DNA of 64,000 nt from Eledone cirrhosa. Its lineage: Eukaryota. Numbering within the stretch: the first letter of the stretch is position 1; the number at the start of each line of letters is the position of its first letter. The notes beneath the pieces are model-generated. The model saw only the letters and a list, made by a program, of their open reading frames with translations. It was not told the DNA's origin and did no database searches. A program made the position numbers and the translations under genes. The stretch covers positions 292,950,001-293,014,000 of the forward strand of contig OZ024741.1 of assembly GCA_964016885.1 (NCBI GenBank). Reading direction: 5' to 3'. Shown here piece by piece: positions 51,714 through 64,000 of the stretch.

Positions 51714-53748
51714 CACATGAATTCCATACATTTTGGGATATGTAATGAAGAGAACATAAAATGACTGAAGTTAAATAAAGTTATCTATTTTATGAATACT
51801 TAGACAAGGTTGATAGATCAATTTCATAAATGAGCCAACAACTTGATTACTTTGTGGTAATTTAATTGCTTGCTCTTGCATTCTGAGATCAAATTCCTCT
51901 GGAGTCAGTATTTTGTCATGGCTGGGGAAGTCTGCCAGACCGGAGATGACATTGAGGGTTCTTAATAATAATCATCTTCATCACCACCATCGCTACTATC
52001 AATATCATTGTTACAACTATCACTACCAACATCATATATATTTAGTCACCACCAGCAGCATAATCATTACCATCACCATTAGCATCATCACCACTAACAC
52101 CACCGTCACCACCATAACTATCATCTTCATCAACAACATAAAGCAAACCTTTATAGAATATGGAATTGTTTCTGTTTTTCTTACTTTTATACTCTAAATT
52201 TTGAATTAAACCTTGAGATGGAATTAAACTGACAAAAGATCTTTTTAAATTTTTGTTTTAATGATAAATGCTTTAAAATACTAATATTAATAATATTAAT
52301 ATTAGTTAGTTGGAAATCAATGTGAGAAGGTTATAAGAGTTAATTCTAAGCATAATTAATAATGTCGTTTGACATTTCATAATTAATGAGATTGGGAATA
52401 CAGTATCACAATTCATTTAATTCTTTTGCTTATGAATTAACAGCTGAGAATTTAATGAAGATATTAAGGTATTGAATTAGTAAATTTATTACAATGTTGA
52501 ATAGAAAGCTTTGTTATTTTCATCCTTTTGAGGTTGATAAATATAGTACAAGCTCAGTACTTGGGCTGATTCTTCCTCAATATTTCTTTCTTAGTTTCTC
52601 TTTGTTGCTCTTCCTCTTTCTTTCATTGGAAGAAATAAGCTAGGTTCAGACCAAGAGAGAGATGGGTTACATCAAGATTAAGTGTTCAAGACAGGCCATG
52701 TCATGAGAGAACTGTTATAACTTCATGAGTCAAAGGTACATAAATGGAGGGATTATATATTAACTATGTGAATCTTAGTTTAGTTTATGTATGTGTTTAT
52801 CATTTTATATCTGTGTTTCCAGTTTAACATGTGTTTCCATGTTATAACTGTATATTTTGGTTTTTAGAATAAATTCACTTTATTAATGAATGTTATGGAT
52901 GCAACATTAGGTAAATATTCAAATGTTTTCCTTTGCAATCTTAAGTTGATCCCAATTCCATGGCATCTTGTATAAGTGACTTTTACCATAACCTTGACCC
53001 AGTCTTTAGAAGTGAAATTTATTTTCAAAATCATATAAAGGTTCCACAACAAAATAGGTATGATAACCACAGCATTAAAGCATAAACAAGTGGCTACTAT
53101 ATTTAGTTACAATTCTTTATATTCTGAATTAAAATTCCATCAATTTAGGCATTTATCTGTTTAGAGGTGGATAAAATGAAGTCCTATTCAAGTAGAGGAG
53201 TTTATTTATGTTCCTGTAATGTATACAAGATTTAAAGGGAATTATAATTAGATGTCATAGCCTCCTCAACATCATCAAAGAGAAAAGTAACTCCTTATTT
53301 AGTAAAAATAGGATTTCTAATCTCAATCAGTTGAATAACAAAATCCTAATTACCTTTCACTAACAGTAGGGGGGATAGCCAAGTGAGGAGCCTTGGTAAT
53401 TATTATAAATAAAAATATTAGTTTCCTCAAGTCAAAATATTATAAAAAGATTTTTCTTACAGAATCAGTAATTATATATATATATATGTGTGTGTGTGTA
53501 TGTGTGTGTATGTGTTGGCTTGTACATTCACAGTTATATAAATAACAAACATTGACTGATGGATGACTCTAGAAATGTATTTTTATGTATTTGTATGTGT
53601 TTGTATGTGTGTGTGTATATATATATATAAATATGTGATGATGATTATATATATATGTATATAGATATACAAATATGTATATATATATTTATATATATAT
53701 ATACATATATATATGTATATATATATATACATATATATGTATGTATGT

Positions 53749-54030
53749 GGAGGCACGTGACCTAATGGTAAGAGTGTTGGACTTATTATCATAATGTCGT
53801 GGGTTCGATTCCTGGGCTGCATGTTGTGTTCTTGAGCAAATCACATTATTTCACGTTGCTCCAGTTTACTCAGCTGAAAATGAGTACCAGCAATAGCTGG
53901 AGGTTTAACCCTGTGATGGACTCGCGTCCTGTCCAGGGGGGATTATTGTACTCTCAGTCGCATCACGCCATGAAACCGGGATAAGCACCGGCCAAATGAG
54001 CCTTCTGGCTTAAGACAGACTTTAGACTTT
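53749..54030 (+). mobile_element. tRNA-derived SINE with CORE-like domain and non-RTE 3' half
   Basis: B box GGGTTCGATTCC (53801), cttgagcaaatcac..ccagtttactcagctgaaaatgag shared with the 16410 copy, then aaccctgtgatggactcgcgtcctgtccagggg..gaaaccgggataagc..agacttt. Confidence 0.75.
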
Positions 54031-54041
54031 ATATATGTATG

Positions 54042-54072
<31 letters not shown>

Positions 54073-54245
54073 GTATGTATATATATACTTATATATATGT
54101 ATATATATATGTATATATATACATATATATATATATGTATATATATATGTATGTATATATATATGTATATATTCATATATATATGTCATGTATATATATG
54201 CATGTATATATATGCATGTATATATATATATATATACATGTACGT

Positions 54246-54360
54246 ATCATCATCATCGTTTAACGTCTATCTTCCATGCTAGTATGGGTTTAGATGGGAA
54301 TTGTCCCACTTGAGGCAAGATTGGTCATCTCGCTTGTATAGGACTGTCTGGCAGGTTTCC
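54246..54360 (-). mobile_element. RTE-related short element 3' fragment
   Basis: catcatcatcgtttaacgtctatcttccatgctagtatgggt..cccacttgaggcaaga..ggactgtctggcagg, as at 22019. Confidence 0.65.
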
Positions 54361-54367
54361 TATATAT

Positions 54368-54425
<58 letters not shown>

Positions 54426-54977
54426 ATATATATATATATACATATATGTATATATATATATATATACATATATGTATGTATATATATACATATATGTATG
54501 TATATATATATACACATATATGTATATATATATATATGTATATATGTATGTATGTATATATGTATATATGTATGTATGTATGTATATATGTATGTATGTA
54601 TGCATAGAAACATTGATGTAAAATGTGGATAATGATGTATATATTGCGTGTGTGAGTGCATGTATGTGAAGACATACACAAAGATCAACATGCACACTAA
54701 AAACGTATTCCGCATATACATTTATATGAAAAAAACCTACATAGATGTACACCAGATTATACTGTAATAATGTAGATATTACATTTATATGTATGTTGAC
54801 TTCCATTTTCAACCAGATCAGCAGAATCTAAGTAGACTGTCTTGTAATTTACTTCACTTAGTTCTGAGAGTGCTTACCATTCCCAGTTCTTAGCAATCAG
54901 TCAATTAGTCTCACTTGAACATATAATACTTTTTGCTACATTCAAATAAATAAATAAAATTTATTCATCATCATCAG

Positions 54978-55026
<49 letters not shown>

Positions 55027-55554
55027 CACCAGGTATCATCTCTTCGCAACAGTTTGAATATCATGGATTGCCATCTTGTCTTGTGATGTCCTTATACATT
55101 CACTATATTTTAACCCTTTTGATACCAAACCACCTAAAACTGGCCTTCTTTCTATGATACAAAACTGTTTTATTTTTACATTTATATTTATTGTGTTTAT
55201 ATTTAACTAAACACCCTTCATCGTCATTTTATATAAGAACCTTTATTATGTTATAAGCACTAGCATGAAAATGTGAAAACTAGTTATATTACTAAATCCC
55301 TTAAATTCTTGATTATTTTCCAAATTATTTAAAAATTCTAGACAGTGACTTTCATTAGAAACATGGTAATGAAAATGTAGTGGGTAGATATTTGAGAGAG
55401 AAAGTTGTATAATTGTATGATTGAATATATGTGGTTGAATAAATGTTGCTGTCATGACTTGCTTGTTGTTTAGCAGAATTTAAGTCCTTTATAAAATATA
55501 ATTACACTCACTCAATTTGATGTTGAAAAGAGAAAATGAAAAATGAATACATTT

Positions 55555-58500
55555 AGAAAGACCGCATTAATCGTCGTCGTCATCGTGTAATGGTCTACGT
55601 TCGGTCAAATCTGTCGGCAATTCCTTGTGTTGATTTGAACCAATCACAGCAGGAAGTTTTTTTCTGCGATATACGTATGACCATGTCAACACTGCTACTT
55701 GGAGTCGTTTACCGTCCCCCAAATTACCATCAGGACACTTAACTTTGTGATATCCTCAGAGCTGCTGCCAGGAAGACAGCCACTTATGTTGTCATTGCAG
55801 GAGACTTCAATCACCCTGAGATTGACTGGGAAACCTTTCGTTGGCCGCCAAGTGAAAATGACTTCCTTGAGCTAGTGCTGGACTCGAATTGGTCCCAAGT
55901 GGTCACCTCCCCAACAAGATGTGACAACACTTTGGACCTACTCTTCACCACTACTCCTGAAACGGTCATTAGTGTTACTGCTGAGGAACCTTTAGGTGAC
56001 TCTGATCATGCTATGATCATTGCCAATCTATCCCTCATGGGCAGTAAAAAGAACCACAACCATCTCCAAACTGCTCACTTTGACTGGAATAAAGCAAACT
56101 GGAACTGTTACTGCACCGAGTTGCAACGACCAAACTGGCTTGAGTTCTACGACTCTGGAGATGTCAACACTGTACTCCAGAACATCCTGAGCTCAATATG
56201 GACAGCATGTGCAGCATCGGTGCCACGTAAGCGGAAAAACATCCCAAAAGTGAAATTTGGGAGACTGCAGCAGTCCGTCTTGCCAGAGAAGAACGGCGCA
56301 ATGCTGAATGTGAGTACAAAATTCACAAATCAGACATTAATAGGAAGAGGAGAAATAGATCATCCAACCACCTTAAACAGGTTACAAAAAAGGCAGTGCT
56401 TCAATTTGAGCAGCGCATAGCAACCAGCCCTGACAGTAAGGTGTTCTGGAAGTATGTTCACTCAAAGCAGAGGCCTCACTCTCCAGTTGGTCCTCTTCAC
56501 AATCCCCACACAAGCCAGGTTACTGATGACCCCAAGGAATGCGCAGAGCTCATTGCTGAATGCTATGCAGGCATTTTCACTTTTGAAGGCCAGAGTGTAC
56601 CATCTCCACCACCTATGACACCGGACTCTATTACAACCATGGAATTTACACCTGCAATGCTGCGACATCACCTAAATAAAACGCAACCATGCCTCTCCTG
56701 GTCTTGATGGTGTTACGTACCTGCTTCTTAAATGTGGTGGGTACTTCCTTTTGCACCAGTTATAACGCTTCTTCCAATTCTGTCTGAACAACAGTGCTAC
56801 TCCAGAACAGTGGAAAACTGACAGTGTCATTCCTCTGTTCAAAAAGGGTGACCACACATCACCTGTGAACTAGCGTCCAGTCAGTCTTACTAGTTTCCAT
56901 TGCCAAACTGATGGAATCCTGTGTCAGAGAAACATTTTGGAACTTCTGGAGCTCTCACAGTCTTATCCGGCCCTCACAATTTGGATTTATCCCCAACTCC
57001 AGCTGCTGTGATCAACTTATTGAGTTTCTTGAGGACATCACCCGGATCACTGATGGTGGCTCATGGGTGGATGTTGTTTACCTTGACTTTGCGAAAGCCT
57101 TCAATTCTGTGCCACACAAATGGCTTATGGCAAAACACTCTGCAATGGGTGTGAATGATGATCTTTTTAACTGGCTGAAGTTCTTCATTCTCAGTCGAAG
57201 AGAGGTAGTCATGGTTCTGGGACAGCATTCCTCAACATATGAGATGTCATCTGGTGTACCACAGGGATCTGTTCTTGGCATCCTTTTGTTTGTGGCATAT
57301 ATTAATGACATAGATGCCAACTTAAAGAATGCCACGGTACTAAAGTACGCAGATGACATCAAGCTGTACCTTGAGATAAAAAGGACAGATCCTGAACACT
57401 ATAGATCTTGCTTGCAGTCTGATCTGGACAGAATGCAACAATGGATCTCAGACTGGTAACTCAAGCTAGCTGTGGATAAGTGCACCACCATGCATTTTGG
57501 GAGTAAAACCCCAGCGTCCACATACTCCCTCCACAACACTAATATCAAGAAGTCTTCTTGTGAACGTGACCTGGGCATTACCGTCAGCAGCGATTTGCGT
57601 TGGACAAAGCACATCTCTAAAATTGTCAAGAGGGCCGCGGGTGTCTTAGCATCACTCAGCAAGACCTTTGTCAGCCACTTATGTTGTCATTGCAGGAGAC
57701 TTCAATCACCCTGAGATTGACTGGGAAACCTTTCGTTGGCCGCCAAGTGAAAATGACTTCCTTGAGCTAGTGCTGGACTCGAATTGGTCCCAAGTGGTCA
57801 CCTCCCCAACAAGATGTGACAACACTTTGGACCTACTCTTCACCACTACTCCTGAAACGGTCATTAGTGTTACTGCTGAGGAACCTTTAGGTGACTCTGA
57901 TCATGCTATGATCATTGCCAATCTATCCCTCATGGGCAGTAAAAAGAACCACAACCATCTCCAAACTGCTCACTTTGACTGGAATAAAGCAAACTGGAAC
58001 TGTTACTGCACCGAGTTGCAACGACCAAACTGGCTTGAGTTCTACGACTCTGGAGATGTCAACACTGTACTCCAGAACATCCTGAGCTCAATATGGACAG
58101 CATGTGCAGCATCGGTGCCACGTAAGCGGAAAAACATCCCAAAAGTGAAATTTGGGAGACTGCAGCAGTCCGTCTTGCCAGAGAAGAACGGCGCAATGCT
58201 GAATGTGAGTACAAAATTCACAAATCAGACATTAATAGGAAGAGGAGAAATAGATCATCCAACCACCTTAAACAGGTTACAAAAAAGGCAGTGCTTCAAT
58301 TTGAGCAGCGCATAGCAACCAGCCCTGACAGTAAGGTGTTCTGGAAGTATGTTCACTCAAAGCAGAGGCCTCACTCTCCAGTTGGTCCTCTTCACAATCC
58401 CCACACAAGCCAGGTTACTGATGACCCCAAGGAATGCGCAGAGCTCATTGCTGAATGCTATGCAGGCATTTTCACTTTTGAAGGCCAGAGTGTACCGTCT

Positions 58501-60212
58501 CCACCACCTATGACACCGGACTCTATTACAACCATGGAATTTACACCTGCAATGCTGCGACATCACCTAAATAAAACGCAACCATGCCTCTCCTGGTCTT
58601 GATGGTGTTACGTACCTGCTTCTTAAATGTGGTGGGTACTTCCTTTTGCACCAGTTATCATGCTTCTTCCAATTCTGTCTGAACAACAGTGCTACTCCAG
58701 AACAGTGGAAAACTGACAGTGTCATTCCTCTGTTCAAAAAGGGTGACCACACATCACCTGTGAACTAGCGTCCAGTCAGTCTTACTAGTTTCCATTGCCA
58801 AACTGATGGAATCCTGTGTCAGAGAAACATTTTGGAACTTCTGGAGCTCTCACAGTCTTATCCGGCCCTCACAATTTGGATTTATCCCCAACTCCAGCTG
58901 CTGTGATCAACTTATTGAGTTTCTTGAGGACATCACCCGGATCACTGATGGTGGCTCATGGGTGGATGTTGTTTACCTTGACTTTGCGAAAGCCTTCAAT
59001 TCTGTGCCACACAAATGGCTTATGGCAAAACACTCTGCAATGGGTGTGAATGATGATCTTTTTAACTGGCTGAAGTTCTTCATTCTCAGTCGAAGAGAGG
59101 TAGTCATGGTTCTGGGACAGCATTCCTCAACATATGAGATGTCATCTGGTGTACCACAGGGATCTGTTCTTGGCATCCTTTTGTTTGTGGCATATATTAA
59201 TGACATAGATGCCAACTTAAAGAATGCCACGGTACTAAAGTACGCAGATGACATCAAGCTGTACCTTGAGATAAAAAGGACAGATCCTGAACACTATAGA
59301 TCTTGCTTGCAGTCTGATCTGGACAGAATGCAACAATGGATCTCAGACTGGTAACTCAAGCTAGCTGTGGATAAGTGCACCACCATGCATTTTGGGAGTA
59401 AAACCCCAGCGTCCACATACTCCCTCCACAACACTAATATCAAGAAGTCTTCTTGTGAACGTGACCTGGGCATTACCGTCAGCAGCGATTTGCGTTGGAC
59501 AAAGCACATCTCTAAAATTGTCAAGAGGGCCGCGGGTGTCTTAGCATCACTCAGCAAGACCTTTGTCAGCCGCTCTCCAGCTATCTATTTAAGGTTGTAC
59601 ATGGCTATGGTGCGGCCACACTTAGAATTTGCATCACCAGTCTGGAACCCCTATCTTGCTCAGAACATTGACCGCCTGGAAACTGTTCAGAGACGTGCAA
59701 CCAAGCGAATACCCTTCATCAGGCATCTACCATACTCTGAGCGCCTTGCTTTCCTGGGCAAGGATACATTGAAGCTCCGATGCCTGGAAACTGACTTGGT
59801 AAACACCCACAAAATTGTTAACCATCTTGCCAACAACAACCCTGAGTACCTTTTTGATTTCCATGTGTCTAACACACGTGGGCATGCCCACAAAGTCAGA
59901 AAACTGCACAGTTCACATGACTTTCGGAAACATTTTTTCACACTCAGAGTTGCTGAAGCATGGAACAATCTACCTGCATCGGTTGTTAGCTGTCGAGACA
60001 CTGCATCCTTTAAGGCCTCCATGCTTCCCGAGATCATCCAACACTACACCTAATGTTCCCCCTCCATACACATACACACATGTATACCATGACTCATACA
60101 CTGTTCACTTCCCTGACATTTGTGTATTATTCTATGTACTATACATACACCTTTGACCAGTTGTAGTGCACCTGAGCACTTTACACAATAATTTCATTAT
60201 TATTATCATTAT
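55555..60212 (+). mobile_element. CR1-clade LINE, 5'-truncated, with internal 1895-bp tandem duplication
   Basis: APE (IAGDFNHPEIDW, LDLLFT, GDSDH), RT (YLDFAKAFNSVPH, SGVPQGSVLG, YADD), CR1-type C-terminus (VRPHLEF, TRGH, FFTLRVAEAWNNLP), (ATT)n tail; 55777-57671 repeated at 57672-59566. Confidence 0.92.
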
Positions 60213-60534
60213 CGTTAAGTCCAAACAGAGTTATTTATTTAATGACCTTCAAAGAAATTGAGGATTTGTGTTAACAGAAGAAATATAACAAGCAAAGTTT
60301 GTACTGATATGATTTCCGTGTGGAGATGTTATAAGGTGTTTATAATACCAAATGAAATCTGATGCAACACCTTAGTCATTTTTTTTTTTTAAACCTTTGA
60401 AATTATATTTTTCTTGTGCTGAAATTGATTCTTTCCAGTCCATAACATAAATCCACTTCATCTAAAAGGGCAAAAAAATCATGTTGTTGATGTTGATAAT
60501 AAAGATGATGATGATAATAATAATAATAATAATG

Positions 60535-60562
60535 CTTTATTTTCTTTTTATTTCAGGTAAGT
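60535..60562 (+). promoter_or_regulatory. Splice acceptor immediately followed by consensus donor (candidate recursive splice site or terminal-exon acceptor)
   Basis: ctttattttctttttatttcAG|GTAAGT; AG at 60555-60556, GTAAGT at 60557-60562. Confidence 0.5.
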
Positions 60563-60974
60563 GAAAGTTTTGAATCTCCTCAATCTAAAGAAGAACATAC
60601 ATAAGTAAACAATGACAACAGGATTCTTTATGAGGAAAGTATCTTACCATGTTGAACACCTACCAGATATTAGCAACGAGCATGAATGAAAACAATAAAG
60701 GAAAGTATTAAAATAAATACATTATTATATTTGTCTCAATATGTAAAAGTTGAGGCTGAGTTCATAGGGTGTTAGAGCAGATATCATTTAATGTCTGGTC
60801 ATCTGGATGATGCTTTTGACTGGTCATCTTTGTTATGTGTAATATTTACTAACAATCAGTAAAGTGAGAGTAGGAAACGATTTTAGTGAGGAATCAAGGT
60901 ACCAGTAGGAGTTCATGGAGGTTTAGTTCTTAGACCACTACTATTCATTATAGCCCTCCAGGCTATAACAGAGG

Positions 60975-61657
60975 AGTTTAAGACCGGCTGCCAAAACTAA
61001 AATGCTAATACGTAAGCGAGAAGAAAGGACCCTGGTTAATTCAGGGAGATGGCCCTGCTCAATATGTAGAAAGGGAGAAGGCTTAGACTCCAAACATTGC
61101 ATGCAATGCAAATCTTGGGTAAACAAGAGATGTAGTGGAACAATGAATAAGTTAACAGGAAGGCAAGACTTAGTTTGTAGAGGATGCACAGGGATAACTA
61201 AGGGGAAGATAACCAGTGATGTAAGCATATTCCAGTCACATGAAGGACCCATAGAACTGGTTAATAGCTTCTGCTATCTAGGCAACACAATTAGCAATGG
61301 TGGAGGGTGCTCTGAGAGCATAATAGCTAGAATAAGGATAGGATGGGAAAAGATCAGAGAGCTACTTCTGCTGTTGACCAGTTTCTCTCTACGTATAAAG
61401 GGACAATTGTATGATGGCCGTGTGTGAAGTGCAATGCTGCATGGCAGTGAAACATGGGCTGTGACTACAGAGGATGTGCATAGAGTAGAGAGAAATGAAA
61501 CGATCATGGTTTGTTGGATATGCAATGTAAGTGTGAAAGAGAGGCACAGCTTGGAAGATTTGAAGGAGAAGCTGGGTTTAAGAGGAATTTGACGTGGTGC
61601 GCTGGGGAGAAGACTGCATTAGTTTGGAAATGTGATGCACATGAACAATGACTGTTT
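60975..61657 (+). mobile_element. Older diverged RTE LINE fragment, cut by the Penelope insertion
   Basis: SGRWPCSICRKG..FCYLG..ARIRIGWEK..KGQLYD; similarity stops near 61657. Confidence 0.85.
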
Positions 61658-63640
61658 AGTGAAGAATTGACACCACTCTTACCGGCGGTACCCACCTTCA
61701 ATCTTAAGGACCATAAGGTAAACTTTGATAATGACCCTAAAATTAGATTAATCTGCCCCTCTAAATCAGATATAGGTAAAATAAGCAAATATATCTTAGA
61801 TAGAATCATCCCCCAAATTAAGGCTAAGGTTAACATTAAACTCTGGGGGAAGACCCAAGAAGCAATAAGATGGTTTAATAGCATTAGCAATAAGAATAAA
61901 TCTAAGTTTATCCAGTTTGATATCGATGAATATTACTCATCGATATCACCTGAAACTTTGAATAGAGCCATTGAGTTTGCTAAGGATAACTCTGACCTTA
62001 CAAACGATGAAATTAAGATTATATTAGAAGCTAGGAAAACTATAGTCAAATTTGAGAACAGTTATTGGGTACGTAAAGATAGACCCTCTAACTTTGACAT
62101 AACAATGGGCTCTAACGATTCGGCGGAAATAACTGATATTGTGGGGTTATTTATTGCCTTTAGACTCCAGGAAAAATTCAGCAATCTCCACGGCGGAATA
62201 TACCGCGACGATGTTCTCCTCCTAGTTAAAAACCTAAATAACCAAAAACTAGAAAAACTACGCAAAGATATAAGAAAACTACTACTCGAAATAGGAATAA
62301 CTATAACATATGAATACAACCTTAAAGTAGTTAACTTCCTGGATGTCACACTCAATTTAAACTCTGGTTTGATTAAACCGTTTCATAAATTGAATGAAAA
62401 TCTCAAATACGTAAATGTTGGGTCTAACCACCCCATCTCTATAATTAAATCTATCCCTAAAAATATTTCCCTTAGAATCTCGGGTCTATCTTCTAACATA
62501 CAAGTATTTAAGGAACACGCCGAGTACTACGATAACGCTCTTAGTAAAGCAGGCTACCTCAACAAAATAGAGTATATAGATGGGAACAATCAAAACACCC
62601 AAAATAAATCCCACATAGGTAGATATAATAACACAACACCAAACCACACTTACTACCATAGTATGCACACCAGTAAACCAACAAACAAAACTAATAGAAA
62701 GCGATGCAAAGAGTACTTATGGTATAACCCCGAATACAATAGTTCCATTAGTACAAATTTACCAGTACTCTTCTTTAATATAATTAAGAGACATTTTCCT
62801 ACATCACACAAATACCACAAAATCCTAAACCCTACCACTATAAGACTGTCATACTCTACAGCGTTAAACCTTGAACAACACATAAAAAAGATCAATACTA
62901 GAAGGTTAAACGAAAACACTAAGAACTTAAGTACAAAGAACACAAAAAAACAGTAGACAATACACTACAGAACATAAATAAACCACACCTAAGTTCGTCC
63001 GCAATACTACTCCAGAGAAAACCCAACGTACACAACTGCAACTGCACCTATCCTGACAACTGCCCCCTCGGCAATAACTGCCTGGAAAAAAATATTATTT
63101 ATAAGTGTACCATTAAATCCGGAGGCAACGAGTGGTATTACGTGGGATCAACGGCAACATCGTTTAAATCTCGATTATATAGGCATTCTTACTCAATAAA
63201 ACACCAGAGCCAAAGAAATGTAACAACTTTAGCAGAAAAAGCTTGGACGCTCAGGGATAGCGATCAAAAGTTTACCCTAAAATGGGAGAAATTAGCTAAA
63301 ACCCAAAGCTTTTCCAGGAGCCAAAATTTATGCAAATTGTGTAATCTTGAGATTTATTACATAATCACACACAAGAAGAAGTTGCTGAATAACAGAATTG
63401 AACGAACATTATTCTGCCGTCACAGAACTAAAACCCTTTTTCCCACTACAAGCCGAATATTACATAAAAGAGGGACATCCCCCCAACTATATAAACCTCA
63501 ATCTAGTTAGAAAAATATAAAAACAATCTCTTCTCAACATATATTAATAACCTTAAATTACCACACTAATAATGGAAAGATATGCTGATGAGAATAGGTG
63601 CAAATATGCGATAATGAATGTGTCTAAAAACGTCCATAAG
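61658..63640 (+). mobile_element. Penelope-like element (RT + Cys-rich linker + GIY-YIG), 5'-truncated, little decayed
   Basis: LKDHK..RLICPSKSDIG, QFDIDEYY, MGSNDSAE, IYRDD, VNFLDV; after one frameshift at the A-run ~62944-62951 the frame continues CNC..CPLGNNC..IIYKC..YYVGST..FKSR to 63510. Confidence 0.9.
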
Positions 63641-63735
63641 TATGTATATATATGTGAAAATGTATATAAATAAGTAAATATATATATATGTTTGATGTGT
63701 ATAGTTAGATGTAAGTGTATTCATGTATTAAAGTG

Positions 63736-63855
<120 letters not shown>

Positions 63856-64000
63856 GATGTGTATGTATATGTATATATGTACACATAGACTAGAGTATGT
63901 ATGTATATATGTGTGTGTCTCTACGTGTGTATATAAAGATAAGTTGAGTATGAAAATGTATACACATGAACGCGTATGTATGTACATGAATACATGTGTG

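Overview
AT-rich, microsatellite-dense animal genomic DNA. The repeat repertoire suggests a coleoid cephalopod, probably Octopus (inference, not proven). No host protein-coding gene can be called confidently; most ORFs in the track are microsatellite read-throughs or transposon fragments. Non-LTR retrotransposons: two near-full-length RTE LINEs plus fragments, a full-length Tx1/L1-clade LINE inserted in an (AAT)n tract, three head-to-tail R4/Dong (RLE) LINE copies each bounded by (TTA)n, two Penelope-like elements (one with a 5' inverted arm), and a CR1 LINE with an internal 1895-bp tandem duplication. Also present: a Chapaev3-type DNA transposon nested in an RTE, tRNA-derived and RTE-tailed SINEs, hAT-type MITEs and several minisatellites. 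Best second-look signals: (i) a splice acceptor fused to a consensus donor (TTTCAG|GTAAGT at 60555-60562), a candidate recursive splice site that also opens a short terminal-exon-like frame; (ii) a minimal hammerhead-ribozyme-like motif inside a nested palindrome at 50.5-50.9 kb, with degenerate hammerhead-like cores behind both Penelope ORFs; (iii) a 10-kb retrotransposon nest built in AAT/TTA microsatellite. Boundaries of degraded elements are approximate and family names come from motif recognition, not database searches.
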